Assembly: GCF_033153115.1 (NCBI RefSeq)
Contig: NW_026889752.1
Span: 12,276,001 to 12,340,000, forward strand
DNA length: 64,000 nt
Reading direction: 5' to 3'
From: Saccostrea echinata
Taxonomy: Eukaryota
Shown piece by piece: positions 34,897-47,998 of the stretch (the first letter of the stretch is position 1; the number at the start of each line of letters is the position of its first letter). The notes under the pieces were generated by a model. The model was not told where the DNA came from. It made no database searches and worked only from the letters and a program-made list of their open reading frames with translations. Position numbers and translations under genes: made by a program.

Positions 34897-36278
34897 ATGA
34901 AAAAAGGTGAAGATAACGAATAGAGATCGATCTCAGAAAAGTCTACGAACAATTCAAAGATGTGAATTAGGCATAAAACAGGCACCCCCGGAAATTCCAG
35001 AAGTGTAATCAGGTGCCTAGAAAGAGTAATCATTCCCTTTCGGCTAGTCACACTCCCAGAGAGCCCTTTTGATCAGGTAAATAGAATATTCCGTAGTCAA
35101 ATTTTGTATGAAAACAAAGGCCTTACAATTGGTATGAAAAACGTCATCCAAAATACGACCCAGTGATAGATTATATTTGCTAACAATATCATTATAACAA
35201 CCACAGAATTTACAAAAGCTTACTTTAAACGAGGTTGCTGAAATCCCTGTAACATCAACGTATCTGTCAAAAGCCTGTCTCTGTTTAAAAACTGATCGTT
35301 CTTTAGCATCGAATAAAGTGGGAGACGTACATACTATACGCAGGTGATAGCGGGATATTACTACATAGATAAGGAAAACTGACGATGGAAAAGCTGAAGT
35401 CATTTCGTTTGTCATATAATTAAGCTGTTAGTTGGTCCTTATCGTCTATAATCAGTAGAAAATATGACATATATGTAGCAGACTCTTTTTTAGTCTTTTA
35501 TTTCAAGTTCACTGACTCAGAGATATACCGAGTCGACATATGTATGAAAGTAACTCTTGTTGATCGATAAAACATCAACAATATATCTCAATGTGGTGTT
35601 GAAGGCCATAGGAAGTGTTTTTTTTTTTTTTATCTTCTCGTGTAGAAGCTTTTGAATAAATTCTGCTTCATAAGAATATAGAAACAGATCGGTTAATATA
35701 AGAGCACAGTTAGTGCCCATCGAAATTCCAACAGTTTGTTGGAAGACCTGGTCTCGAAAGACTGCATAAATATGTTCAATGAGGAACTCCAGCATCCTTT
35801 TAATATCAACTTCAGAGTAATTGAGTGTAAAATCAAAGAGATTTTAATAAAATAATTTTGTTGATGACCAATCACAAGATATGAAAATTTCCGAGTTCAA
35901 TTCTTATTGAATAAACAGTTGTCTATGATATAAAAATCCGAGTTTTTAATTTATCAGGAGAGAGAGAGAGAGTTGTTTGAAGTGTAGAAAGGTCGTAGAT
36001 TTTGATGTTACTGACTTTTGAAAAATCTTGGTGATTTTAAATTTTCTGTCAATAAAAGTTCTTTGGAGTTTTTAAGAATCCACGCCTTACTTACACAACT
36101 TCTAGATGTAGCACAGAACGAATGAGGATTTTCCTATTCACCAGTAAATATTTCTGGGAGGAGTAAAGATTGGGGCTTGTACAGCAGTTGCTGGACCCGG
36201 GAATACAACGGCAATATAGCTTTGTAAGGATTTTTATGAAGTTAAGGAAACCAGTATAGGAAGTGTAGATCGAACTCA
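34897..36278 (-). mobile_element. Decayed Penelope-like (Naiad-like) element upstream of the EGF-array start codon
   Basis: MLEFLIEHIYAVFRDQVFQQTVGISMGTNCA, LRYIVDVLSIN, LYWFP.LHKNPYK. 3' UTR at 34897-35075. Confidence 0.88.
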
Positions 36279-37691
36279 CAGAAATGCCGTACCTAGATTC
36301 TGATACAATATTCTTCTCGTTATTTACGGAATGGAGTAATTAAAGTGAGACATTTCATTGTGAATATATTCAGAAAGTGTAAATTTACTTAAGAATCTTT
36401 TATTTTAGATTTATGACAGAAATTTAATAAAATTTTCCTGGAAATCAATATTGATAATCCAATTACATGTAGCTCTGAAATGTAAATTGCATTCATTTGT
36501 TTAATTTGAAAAGAAAAATGTTGACATTACTTAGAGTATTGCATTAAGAACTATTAAAGCTCCAAAAAGTTGGATGTTTCATTATAATAAGTATAAAATC
36601 GTAATAAGATATATAATAAAATTTTCAAGGTAAAAGTTAGATTAAGTTCTTTTTTTTTTTAATTTTAGATTTCTTAAACTCATTATATTTTTTCTTGTGT
36701 ACTCTTCCACACCCAGAAAGAGTTTACAAGACATTCAACTTCCTGTTTAGATTTTGATAATGTTCCACTGTACGTCTTAGTGTTCAACGTATGAAACACA
36801 CAAGCAACACTACAGTGTACCATGAATATGCATATATTGTAAAACCATTGAGACGAGCTACTCCGAGATTTTCCTTGTAATATTTCAATCTTTTAAATTA
36901 TATTTTGAAGCCAATTTGTCTTATGGAAAATATATTAAAACCTTTCATGGAGTCAAAAAATGTTATTGTATGTTTTGTTCTTATTGTTGCGAGTCAGCTA
37001 TAAACATTCCGATTGGTAGAATTCTGACAGAAACGTATCACCATACGCTGTTATTGAACTACGAAACGAAACTGTGTATTTTGCTCGGTCTCTTGTTTTG
37101 TGAAGAGGAGGAGTTTTGTTGAAGGGGTAAGATTTTTAGATGTGAATTGTCTCGTTCGTATGTAAGATCTTTTAAAACCAGGATTGAATTCCTCCAAGTT
37201 TATGGATTAGACTTAGACATATAAATGGTTTTGTTTAGTTTACCTTTCAAGTTCTCTGTTCTATACGAAAACACATTTATGATATTCAGTTGATAAACTT
37301 AAAAAAAAACTATAGTATAAAAGTGTAAATTTCCAGAGACATAAACTACATGCCTTTTATAATATATATATTGGATATAATTCATTGTGTGTAACTTTAT
37401 TAATCCAATGTGATCAGTTAAAGATAATTGTAGATTCCTGAATTTAGGCCAGTGGAATGACTATATAACGACAACATGAATTTAAAAATGGACTGTTGTT
37501 CAAGAATTTTTACATTGCATTTCAACGCTTTAAAAATGTAATTAGCGATCATAATTTTCTCGTTTAACATGTAATAAGGAATTTGCTGTAATACGACCAA
37601 ATGATAGTTCATTTGAATACAGTGACAGCTTCAATATATAAAAAATTATTTTTTTTTATATAATTTCAGATGCTGCAATAAAATATTTAAT

Positions 37692-39676
37692 ATGAACACC
37701 ATATGGAAGAGGTAAGAGCTTGTATTTTAGTTTTAAAAAATAATATAGAAAGATTATTCATCAATCAGAATATAGATTCAGTATTTTCTTAAGAAAGATT
37801 TATTTACTTATTATTTTTATTTTGAGTTTCAGAAAATAGTAACAAAGATGTACATATCGGGATTATCTAATACATATTCAACATAGCTAGGTTACTTTCA
37901 ATATTTCCCAAGGAAAAAAAATAATGTTCAAGGGCGGTGTTTTATTATTGAAAAGAAATCAATGTTATTGAATTTCATTGGGAAAATGTAGGCAAATAAT
38001 GCATGTAATCATGTAATTCATTCAATTACTTTTATCTTATTTTAATTAGTCTATTACAAATTGTGTCAATTACTGAATTTTTTTCTTTTTATTCTATTGT
38101 ACATGTTAGAACAAATCACTCTAACTCCATATATATAAAGCTATCCTACAATTTATAGGACTCTTGAGTAGATTGTGATACCATCTTCCTAAATATTTTT
38201 TTCTTTCGGGGAGGGGCTTTATGTTTCGGGGGATTTTGTAAATCTGCATGTGTATAAAAATTTATTTAATACAGACTTTTTCTTGCAGAAAACTCTTTAA
38301 TTGAACATGTATTTTGTTTAAATTCAAATATGAATCCGGATAAAATATTTATGAGAAACTATAATTCAATAAAACACGCTTACAATTAACGAAGTGCGAG
38401 GGACGTAGAATTTTGATTTAATAACTTCATTATACGTTTAAGGAAATGAAATGGAATTAATTATAAGGGTTTATAAGCGTGTTCGCTATAACCATGTTTA
38501 ATGTACCTTTTTTAAATTACTTTTAATGTACTTAATATAACAAAATACTCAATACCTATAGGTCACCTAGATGTTTACAGTTGCGGTTCTATTCTTCAAG
38601 AACAGCGACTCCATTTTCTTATGAATCTCCGGATGTAAAACCATTTCAAGAAATTCCAGGTGTTACTGGAAAATTTGCATTACCATATTCAGTTGGTAAT
38701 ATATTCCTTCTGAGATCATTGGGTAGGTAAAACTGTATGCATGATTACTTCCTTATATGAAGAACACTTGAGATGTTATTTTTTATCTAAGCCCTATTTT
38801 CTCAAGTATCGATGTTCATAAAGTATATATTTTCTGAAAGATAAAAAATATTTAAGATCAAATTTTCAAAAATGATATTAATAGATGCAAACACTACAAT
38901 AAGAGTTTTTTTTAGAAGCTTGATTTCATAAGATACATTTAAGACACGTTTTGGAACTATCTTCCGTCATAGAACGTTAAGCATCGTATTGTAACGACTG
39001 TGAGAGTACTTGATCTTTTTTGTACCCGTAGGTTGTTCTACCATGTAAGTGCTTGTCCTTTTTTTTTTGGGACCTGTAGGTTGTTCTACTTATTCGTTTG
39101 ATTTGAGAGATTTTGTAACCGCTCTACATAAAAGATATGGAGACATCGTGAGGTTTAGAACGACTCTAAACAAATGGGGAGTGCTCATTTTTCATCCAGA
39201 TCTTGGAAAAGAGGTCCTCGAGATACAAGCTAAGAATCCTTTTCGTCCGCCTGTTGACATTCTCAAAATATACAACGACAAGGAAGACTTCAGCCAAAGC
39301 TTGGCAACATTGTGAGTCATTTGGCAAACCTCGGCCGATTCTGTGCTTCTACAGTTTACACTCAATCTTAATACAGATGACGGACTCGACCGAGTTTTGC
39401 CGATTGTGATTGAAGTAAATACAATATAAATTCATATGATTACGAATTATGGTGCGACAAGCTCTGTTTGCAGTTTAATGCTAAGAGTAGAGATAAATAT
39501 ATATAAATAATTACATAAATAGATAAAATAAATGGCTTAATCATCTCAAGTGATAATAAAATGCATTGTTTTACAAAAAAATTATCAGACAAATAGAATG
39601 AATCTAATTTGGCATTCTTTGCAAGCGTATCAGATATCCAAGGTATTATTTTGCCCAAAATGTTGATTTGAAAATC

Positions 39677-39708
<32 letters not shown>

Positions 39709-42700
39709 GAAAAAAAAGAATAGTTTAGGAAAACACCTTTCATCACTCAACAAATTGTGCTTACATTGAAGATATTCTGCTTTACTTATTGTTTTGATAC
39801 GTGCATTTATTTTATGAAGACACGCATAGATGGTTAAATACTCGATATATGCCAATCTTCTAAAATTTTCCCGTTGAATGTGAAATGGAAAAAAATCAGT
39901 TTCTGAATCTTGAATATATAAATTATGGATCATTTTTAGTTGAAAAAAATTATTTTCATATTAGATTGCAAAAACACAAAACATTGTAAATGTTATCTTC
40001 AATTAGAATCATAAGGCACTAGTAACTGACAACAAAATATTATTCTTAGAAATGGCGAAGAATGGGCCAAGCTTCGAAAACCTTCACAGGAATTGATATT
40101 AAGACCAGTTGCTGTTTCTGCATATGTTGGAACCTTGTCCAAAGTCGCTGAAGACTTTGTAGAAAAATATAAACATGGCGGAAAAATTGATGACCTTCGA
40201 CCTGCGCTTGTCAACTATGCTACAGAAAGTACGTATGCCCCCTTCTTATCTGTTTGATGCATGAAAAAAAATGCTTATTGATAAAAATATTTCACTATGT
40301 AATCGAAATTCTCAGCTTGTTACATGCATGATGTGCTGAAAAGTAGTTATTTCTAGGCGTAGGCATGCTTTGCTTCAACAGACGTCTTGGTTGTCTTGAG
40401 GATAAACCTGTGATTGATATAAACCTCCTGGAAGACTTGTTTGACGCCATAGACCGAGATTTGAAGGGTATGGGTTTTAAACCCTATCGCTTCTTTACCA
40501 CACCACTATACAGAAAGTTTAAAAGAGGAGCTGATCATATCCATGGGTAGGAATACGCTATAAAAACAAGAAATTTAAGTTTATTTTAAGAAGCAAAATC
40601 CACTTTGTTAAAAATTACTAGGTAAAATAACAATTTGACATTTCCTTTCAAATCATACTCACTTGTAATAATGCGTCGAGTAAAAGATCAGAATATACCT
40701 TTCAAAGTGAATTTTCTTATAAATTTATTAAATGTAGTCTTTTTATTTTCTGTTCATTACTTCAATATAAGAAGTTGCAAAATAATTGAAAAAAAAATCA
40801 TCATGTGACGTCTCAAGAATATCAAGAGGCAATATAATGTATGTAAATATATTAAGTATATTTTAAAACTGCTTCATATATTAATGTTAGAAGGTTATCA
40901 CAAATGTGCCTGGAATATACTATCTTTATTTTTTTAATTTAGTCTCTTAAAGTCTCTTAAAGAAGAACATTGATAAAGTACCAGTACTATAGAAAAAAAC
41001 ATAAAGTATCTTTATGATTTAAGCGTTTGTGAAACTGAGATCAAAGGTGCTTTGGAAAAACTTGAAAATGCCAAAAAAGAAGGGAAGCTCGAGGAATATC
41101 TCCAGGAGCCAAATCTGATGTACGCATTACTAAGTCACCCGAAGATGACACCTAAAAGTGTGGACAGAACAATCATGGATTTGTTTATTGCTGGTGTAGA
41201 GTCAGTAAGTCATTAGCAACGACTTTTCTTCAGTTATGATTACAATAATATCTATCTCATTTTGTACAGTTCTCCAAAAACTACAAAAAAATCATTCTTG
41301 TATATTCAATACGAAAACAGTGCTGGTTCAAATTATATTTTGTACACAACAATTCAATGCAAAAGTACTGTATTCCTATCTTAGTACTTTGGAACCTTAC
41401 TTACGATATATGAAGAAAAAAGTTTACATTTTATTTTTAGACTTCAAATACCTTAAGTTTTCTGTTGTTTGAACTGGCAAAAAACCCTGACAAACAGGAG
41501 AATCTTCGTAACGAAATAATTTCTGTGTGTGGCCAAAATGATATCACTAAGGAAAGATTGGCTAAAATGTCTTATCTGAAGGCCTGCGTCAGAGAAACCA
41601 TGAGGTAGCTTTACACTTGATAAGTCAGTACTATGCTATGAATGTTTCGATATAAATCATTATGATAACTTTTTCTTTCTTATTTGTTTTGTACTTAAAT
41701 TCGTTTTGGTAATCGGTTTTTATATGTCTTTCAATCTTATTTCATATACTTTTGTTCCTTTGAATATTACTTAGTTTCCGATTGTCACCCGCGTGGTGCA
41801 GTGGTAGAGCGTCTGCTCTACAGTCGCGGAGTAAGGAGTTGATCCTTACGTCGCGGGTTCGAATCCCTCTGTTGGACGTGGAGACCGTTCCTTCGGATGA
41901 GACCGTATAAACCGAGGTCCCATGTCACAGTAGATGCTGACACGAAAAAGATCCCTCACTGTTCAATGACCCCAAGTGCCGAGCATAGGTCAAAATTTGC
42001 AGCTCTCCACCGGCAAGTGGTGGCGTCTCCATATGAGTGAAAAATTCTCGAGAGGGACGTTAACAACAAACAAACAAATACTTTCTGATTATTGATTGTG
42101 AAAGGAAAACGTAATATAAATATTCAAAAAGAATATTGATCTAACCAAAGTGTATGAATTTAACATTGCCTTGAAACTATTTTATAATCTGTTGATAAAA
42201 TTTTACATACTGTAAAAGCGAATAACCGACTTTAAATCTGAGTCGAAACGAGGCTTGCCTATATATCTTTTAACAAATTAAAAAAAAAATTAAGGAACGA
42301 CTATGAAGGAAAAAACCCCAAGAAAAGCGTGATGATGTGGAACCTTTTTTTTTCTTTGGAAAATAGAAGTCCGTTAAGGTTGTTAATATGCGTACATTAT
42401 TACTTAACGAATCTTATATATTAGTAGTCTTTCTCCAATATGTAAAATTGATAAAACATACCAGCCATACATAGGAGATAGAATGCAATTACAGATAACA
42501 TTACATTTGTATGCATTTAATTTTCTTGCAGGATCTATGCACCAACTTCACCGGGCTCGTATCGGCGTTTTGACAAAGACGTAGTTGTTGGGGGATATCA
42601 CGTTCCTGCTGGGGTAATATATTTTTTTTATCCTCTCATGTAATGACAATTTGGGCTATTTCAGTTATAGATAACGATTTATGGATGTAATGACAATGAT

Positions 42701-43852
42701 GCACTTGTTTTAATGGCAGATAACATGTTTTCGTCGACCATTTAAAGATAACTTGTAAATATTTAGCCTAATGATTTAATGTTTGATACTAATATCTTCA
42801 GAATAAAACATAAGCTTGGCAATGCATAAATAAGGAGATCCTCCATTTGAATTATATCTTGAACAAAAAAAAACAAAAACAAAAACAAAAAAAAAAACAA
42901 AAAAAAAAAAAAACAAAAAAAAAAACAAAAAAAAAAAAAAAATGTAACAAATGTTCTGCAAAATTCCTTTTGAAAACTCATTTTGAAAGTGAAATTGAAT
43001 GATAAATGCATGTTAATTAAATATTGAATTTACCTTAGAAAGGATAACATCTTCTTTTCAGCCAATGAAAAGTATCATTTGTATAATGAAGAAAATTTGA
43101 GTGAAGATGAGCATAGAATGAAATTTATTTAAATCTAAATCTCACATTTTTTTTGACCTTGCAAAGTAACAAAGCAATGTTTATTTTCCAATTATCGAGA
43201 AAAAAGTCGTCATTATGAAATTAAATGCGTTTTTCTTTTGTTTTATAGACAGAGATTGCAGTCTGTCTACAACAGATGTGTGAGGATCCCAGGTTTTTCA
43301 AAAGTCCTGAGATATTTCTTCCGGAAAGATTTGTCAGAGATGACAATACTCTCACAGAAGAATATAAAAACACCAATCCATTTGCCACCCTTCCATTCGG
43401 ATTTGGTCCTAGAAGTTGTATCGGGCAACGGTTTGCAGAAACTGAGATTTATGTACTCACTGCAAAGGTATTTTGCATCAGTTTGAAAATATTCTTTTCC
43501 AACGTCCCCCCTCCCCCCAAAATTAATAATAAATGTGCTTCTATAGCTTATATGTATTTTCAGAATGAAGTTATATATTAAGTTTTACATTCAGATTAGT
43601 TTTTATCTAAATTAGCTATATTGTTAAATGATTGTATATCTCTTAAAATTATGAAACTTGAATAATGTTTTATTTAAAAATGTCAACGTAGCAAGCAGCT
43701 TTGATTTTCTTTTTTTTTTCTAGATTTTCCAGCGTTTAGAAGTTTCTCTCCTGCCAGGAACTGATCCAGTTATGGAGTATAAATACCGCACATTTGCAAC
43801 GCCAAAACATGCTGTAGCGATAATGATAAAACCAAGAGAGAATAAGAATTGA
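37692..43852 (+). CDS. Cytochrome P450, mitochondrial clan, paralog 1 (~518 aa, 10 coding exons)
   Basis: Exons 37692-37711, 38562-38722, 39080-39311, 40050-40228, 40357-40546, 41024-41204, 41441-41604, 42532-42613, 43249-43467, 43724-43852 (1557 nt, open). Basic transit peptide, KPFQEIPG, WAKLR, AGVES|TS, KACVRETMR (ExxR), PERF, heme motif FGFGPRSCIGQRFAE. Confidence 0.93.
41784..42078 (+). mobile_element. tRNA-derived SINE with Deu/Nin-type domain and (AAAC)n tail, in CYP paralog 1 intron 7
   Basis: A box TGGTGCAGTGG, B box GGTTCGAATCC, TTCGGATGAGACCGTATAAACCGAGGTCC, probable TSD tttccgatt/tttctgatt. Confidence 0.88.
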
Positions 43853-46800
43853 ACACACACTCACACACGAGTTTTTTAATTGCTTATTTCTTCACACCTT
43901 ATTTCACAACTCGGCTCTCCTATCAGTTTCTAAAGTCAAAGGCATAACCTGACTGACGAGTGCATAAAAGGATTATTTTTCTCAACGTGCATCCTATTGC
44001 TTGATGTATTGTACTTATTTGCATAATTATATTTTATTTCTAATTACAACTCCTATATTATAATTTTCAGGGGTCAGCTTTTTAGGAGTAGTGTAAAATA
44101 CATTAATATTTTTTTACTTTTATATATAGATATGTTAATAAAAAATTATTATGACACTCTCTGCATTACACATTACATGATTGCTATTCTCGCTAAGAGC
44201 CGAGACTCCGGAACTTGGGAAAATATTTTATTTTTATCAACAAGCCCCACCATCAAACTACTCACATCAGCTCAAGAATTTATTAATTTTGAATTAATAA
44301 CATTGTTAATCTGATAGAAAAAATATTTTAATCATAATTGAATTCACATCATTGCAATTTGGAAAGAGAAGAAAAGGTAGAAACAAAAACCTGAGCAAAA
44401 CAGGCAAAATTTACCACCGTTACAATTAATTCTGTCTAAGAACAACAGAAAGCCTACAATTTGTTTAGGGGTATATACATCAATGCTTTATAACAAAGAA
44501 AAATGTACGTTTTGACTTTATTGTGCCCTGAAAATTTAATATTTTAAAAAAGTTTTGAAATTGAATGAGTTGAGGGTATGAGTGTGATATTTCATGAAAG
44601 AAAATGGCATGAAGGAGGACAGTTCTGCAAATATGACGTCATTAATTTCGTATTTTTCTAAGTTTAAAGAAGAAAAAGCCTCAAAATGATTCATTTCAGG
44701 GGTATTTTCCTAGAGAAAAAAGTGTCCACAGCCGTCGCCCACTTCAATATTCGGATATGTTGTGTAAATTTCTTTGAAAAATCACACTTCTCAAAATCTT
44801 TATGAGCGATGCATATGGTCTATATTATCTGAAAGAACTTTCACTGAAAATTGATGTCTTCTGCAACTTTTTAAGAAAATTCCATTTATGAAACATTTAT
44901 GAAGTCAAATGAGAAAAAAAAAATTGTTTGGTCTTAGTGCATGGAGTTTCAACATTTCAGAAAGCATGAATTCTAATTTCTTTCATTACTTTCATATTTT
45001 AGAAAAAATACATGGCCAGATTTGTAGTGAAAGTGTATCTTGTCCTTTGCTTAAAATTTTGAAGATATATGTAGGCAGGGCAATGTGTAAATATTAGGTC
45101 TTGTGCAAGATCAAACCCATAAATCATTTTTGGGAAGGCTGAAGAAATTATAATTCGTAAAAGATCATTGTTTCATTGTAACCTTATTTATTTTTTAGGG
45201 TAGGCTAATTGAATTAGATGTTCTTGCAATAGTGTGGATGATTCATTCTAGAAGTGCTTTTCGTATCAAAGATTAATGCAAAATAAGCATGTTTTAACAA
45301 AGTTCTGAAAAAAAAAAAATTGTGAGAAGTCAAACATTATATTGACTCATGTATGAATGTATGAATTTAGGATAGGTAAATAAGTGAATTCAGGCCACTG
45401 ATTTATCGGAAAACAAAATGAAGTTTTACTCATTGCAATATTCCCCCCTTTTGACTATAGTGAAAATTGTGTGTTTAAGGACACTCTATATATGCAATGA
45501 TTTTTTTTTATATTGAGAAAATTATACATTATAAATGTGTAAATATTGAGTTTAATTTTTCACGTTTATCATTCAATACCTTGCATTTATCCTCGGGAAA
45601 AAGTTCCACTACAACGAAATGTTGATGAATAAGTGGGAGAAATCAATTCAAAGAAAGAGTTCAGTCAACTTATCTTTCTTTATTATTATATTTAGTACGT
45701 AGAATATTATAATTACAAATTTAGTAAAAGGCTGCATATTTCAAATCATTTTTATTTCAAATCCAAGAGCAGATCACTATTATTACAAAAAATTTCACAG
45801 AATTAGATCTCTTTAGTGTGCAGTGCATAAAGGGTATAATCTCAGTAATTATATCGGAACAGTAATCAGTGATTCAGTTTTGCCAAATGTTTTACAGTTT
45901 TGAAATACAGTTTTGTCAAAAGCAGAGAACCATAATTATCACATAATAAACACAGGTGCTTGTGTTAACATAATGTATTCATAGCTGCTATAAAGAGGAA
46001 CGTGCTATCTTAAGGTACAGTGTCTTAACATAACATTCTGTAAAACTGTGGTGCTAACTCTAAACATGTTCACTATTTTTGTATCAAAAAGTCGTATGCT
46101 GAATACTTAAGCTTGATGTAGAGATTTCAATCTATTCGTTGATGCAATAAATTATACTGTTTTTGATGATGTCGAAAACGATAAATATGTAATCGATGTG
46201 TTTGCATAACGTAGTCTTTATAAGACCTCATTTTTGACGTGAGATAGCATGCAATATTTAAGCATTTCTTGTAAAATTTAAAGAATATTCAATAAAAGGA
46301 AAAAAAAATTTTGAATAATCACACAGACGAATAAAAACCTGTTGGATGACAGACGTTTTGTTTTCTCACTATTGATGCCTTTTTTTCTATTCTGGCTTGT
46401 ATTGTATTTAGAAGAGATATGTCAGGAATAAAATCATATTTTATTAACGTTTTTACTGATAGGTAGGAATCAACATAATTTTCCCAAAAATTAGTTTTGC
46501 ATACATATATATGCAAACATATTAACTATGTCTGTTTGTCCTGAATATTTACCCGCGACCACTATCTCTGTACGAAAACACGTTTGTGTTTGAAATAAAT
46601 AAAGCTCTTTATTTTATTTTTTTTTTGGTTCATGTTAACTTAACATATTTGTTTTCCATTGAAGACGTGAAACAGATTTCTCATGACCAGACTTAATAAG
46701 AAATATTGTAAATATGGAAATTAAGTTATAGTGAATGTCATTTTGTAATTTTTATCGAATCATTACAAGATGCACTTGAACTACATGTTATAATAGGAAA

Positions 46801-47341
46801 ACTATTTTGATTGACAGACATTCATGAAATTACATGTGTCTGGTTCAGACAGTAAAGTGTAAAATGTTAGACGTATATAATGTATATAATGTTAGATGAT
46901 AGAAGCCATTTAATAACCAATTGGTAATTGTTAAAAAGATAAAAATTACTTGAATACATATTTACCTTAAAACAAAAAAAAATTGTTCCCCTTTTGAATA
47001 TATTTTACAGAAAATGTTTAATTTTAGGGAAAAGGAATGAAATTTGTAATTTATTCCGAACATTTATTTTGTAAAGTATCCATAATTCCTCTTAAAGTTC
47101 ATCTTTAGTAGACAAGCGAGTTGAAGTTCTGAGGCCATTGGCACACGTTTCATCTTTCCAAATTTCTACAAAATTAATGCAAATTATAAGAATATAAAAT
47201 TCCTGGTTTACAATATGCTTTGCTTTTCCGTGGTGGAAATGGTTATATCATTGAATATATGTCATATAATTATGCTTACATTATTTTCTGTAATGAGATT
47301 TTTTTTTCCAGATAGACCTGTTAAAAATGTATCACCGAAAT

Positions 47342-47914
47342 ATGAATGTTATAGGTAGAAGGTAAGAGATTATAAACATATGTTTATGAAAGTCTTGTTG
47401 TTAAATGTAATTAAGTATTTAAATTGCATGAAAGTCATATCCGGAGTTCTTAATAATTTTGCATTATGCAATTTCTTCATATATTTGTATAATTATGTAT
47501 ATACAGCATTCTTACCATTGCATATTAATTATTTGATGTTGAAAAAGAAGGACACATTGTTTAATATTATGCAGGATTTTTCTTTTCAAGAAAAATATGC
47601 TCTGTAGTTTTATTTGTAGGCTTTCCGGACATTTACAATTACGCCTTTTTTCTTCACAAGCAACTGTTGCCTTCTTCCAAAAATCCCCGGATGTAAAACC
47701 ATTTGAAGAAATACCAGGAGCTACCGGCAGATATGCGTTACCTTATTCAATTGGAAATATTTTTCTTTTAAAGTCTCTAGGTCTGTTAATTGTTTATTAT
47801 TACTAAAAAGGTAAACTGCTGGTAGAAAAAAAATGGTTCAATCCTTTTAATTAAGATGTCAGCATTTTCATTTAAGATAGTAGTCAGGTTTGAAAACAAA
47901 ATATTATAGTTGTA

Positions 47915-47998
<84 letters not shown>

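Noticed and set aside
35378-35396. CTGACGA-TG-GAAA resembling a minimal hammerhead core
   Set aside because: It is the antisense of the RT coding motif (FSIVSF), with no flanking stems.
36530-36595. Hydrophobic stretch on the minus strand as an alternative signal-peptide exon
   Set aside because: The hydrophobic frame has no in-frame ATG and ends in a stop before the donor-like site.
44466-45450. Possible TIR transposon between CYP paralogs 1 and 2
   Set aside because: Terminal match (AGGGGTATATACATCAATG vs CATTGCAATATTCCCCCCT) is too weak and the TSD is unclear.
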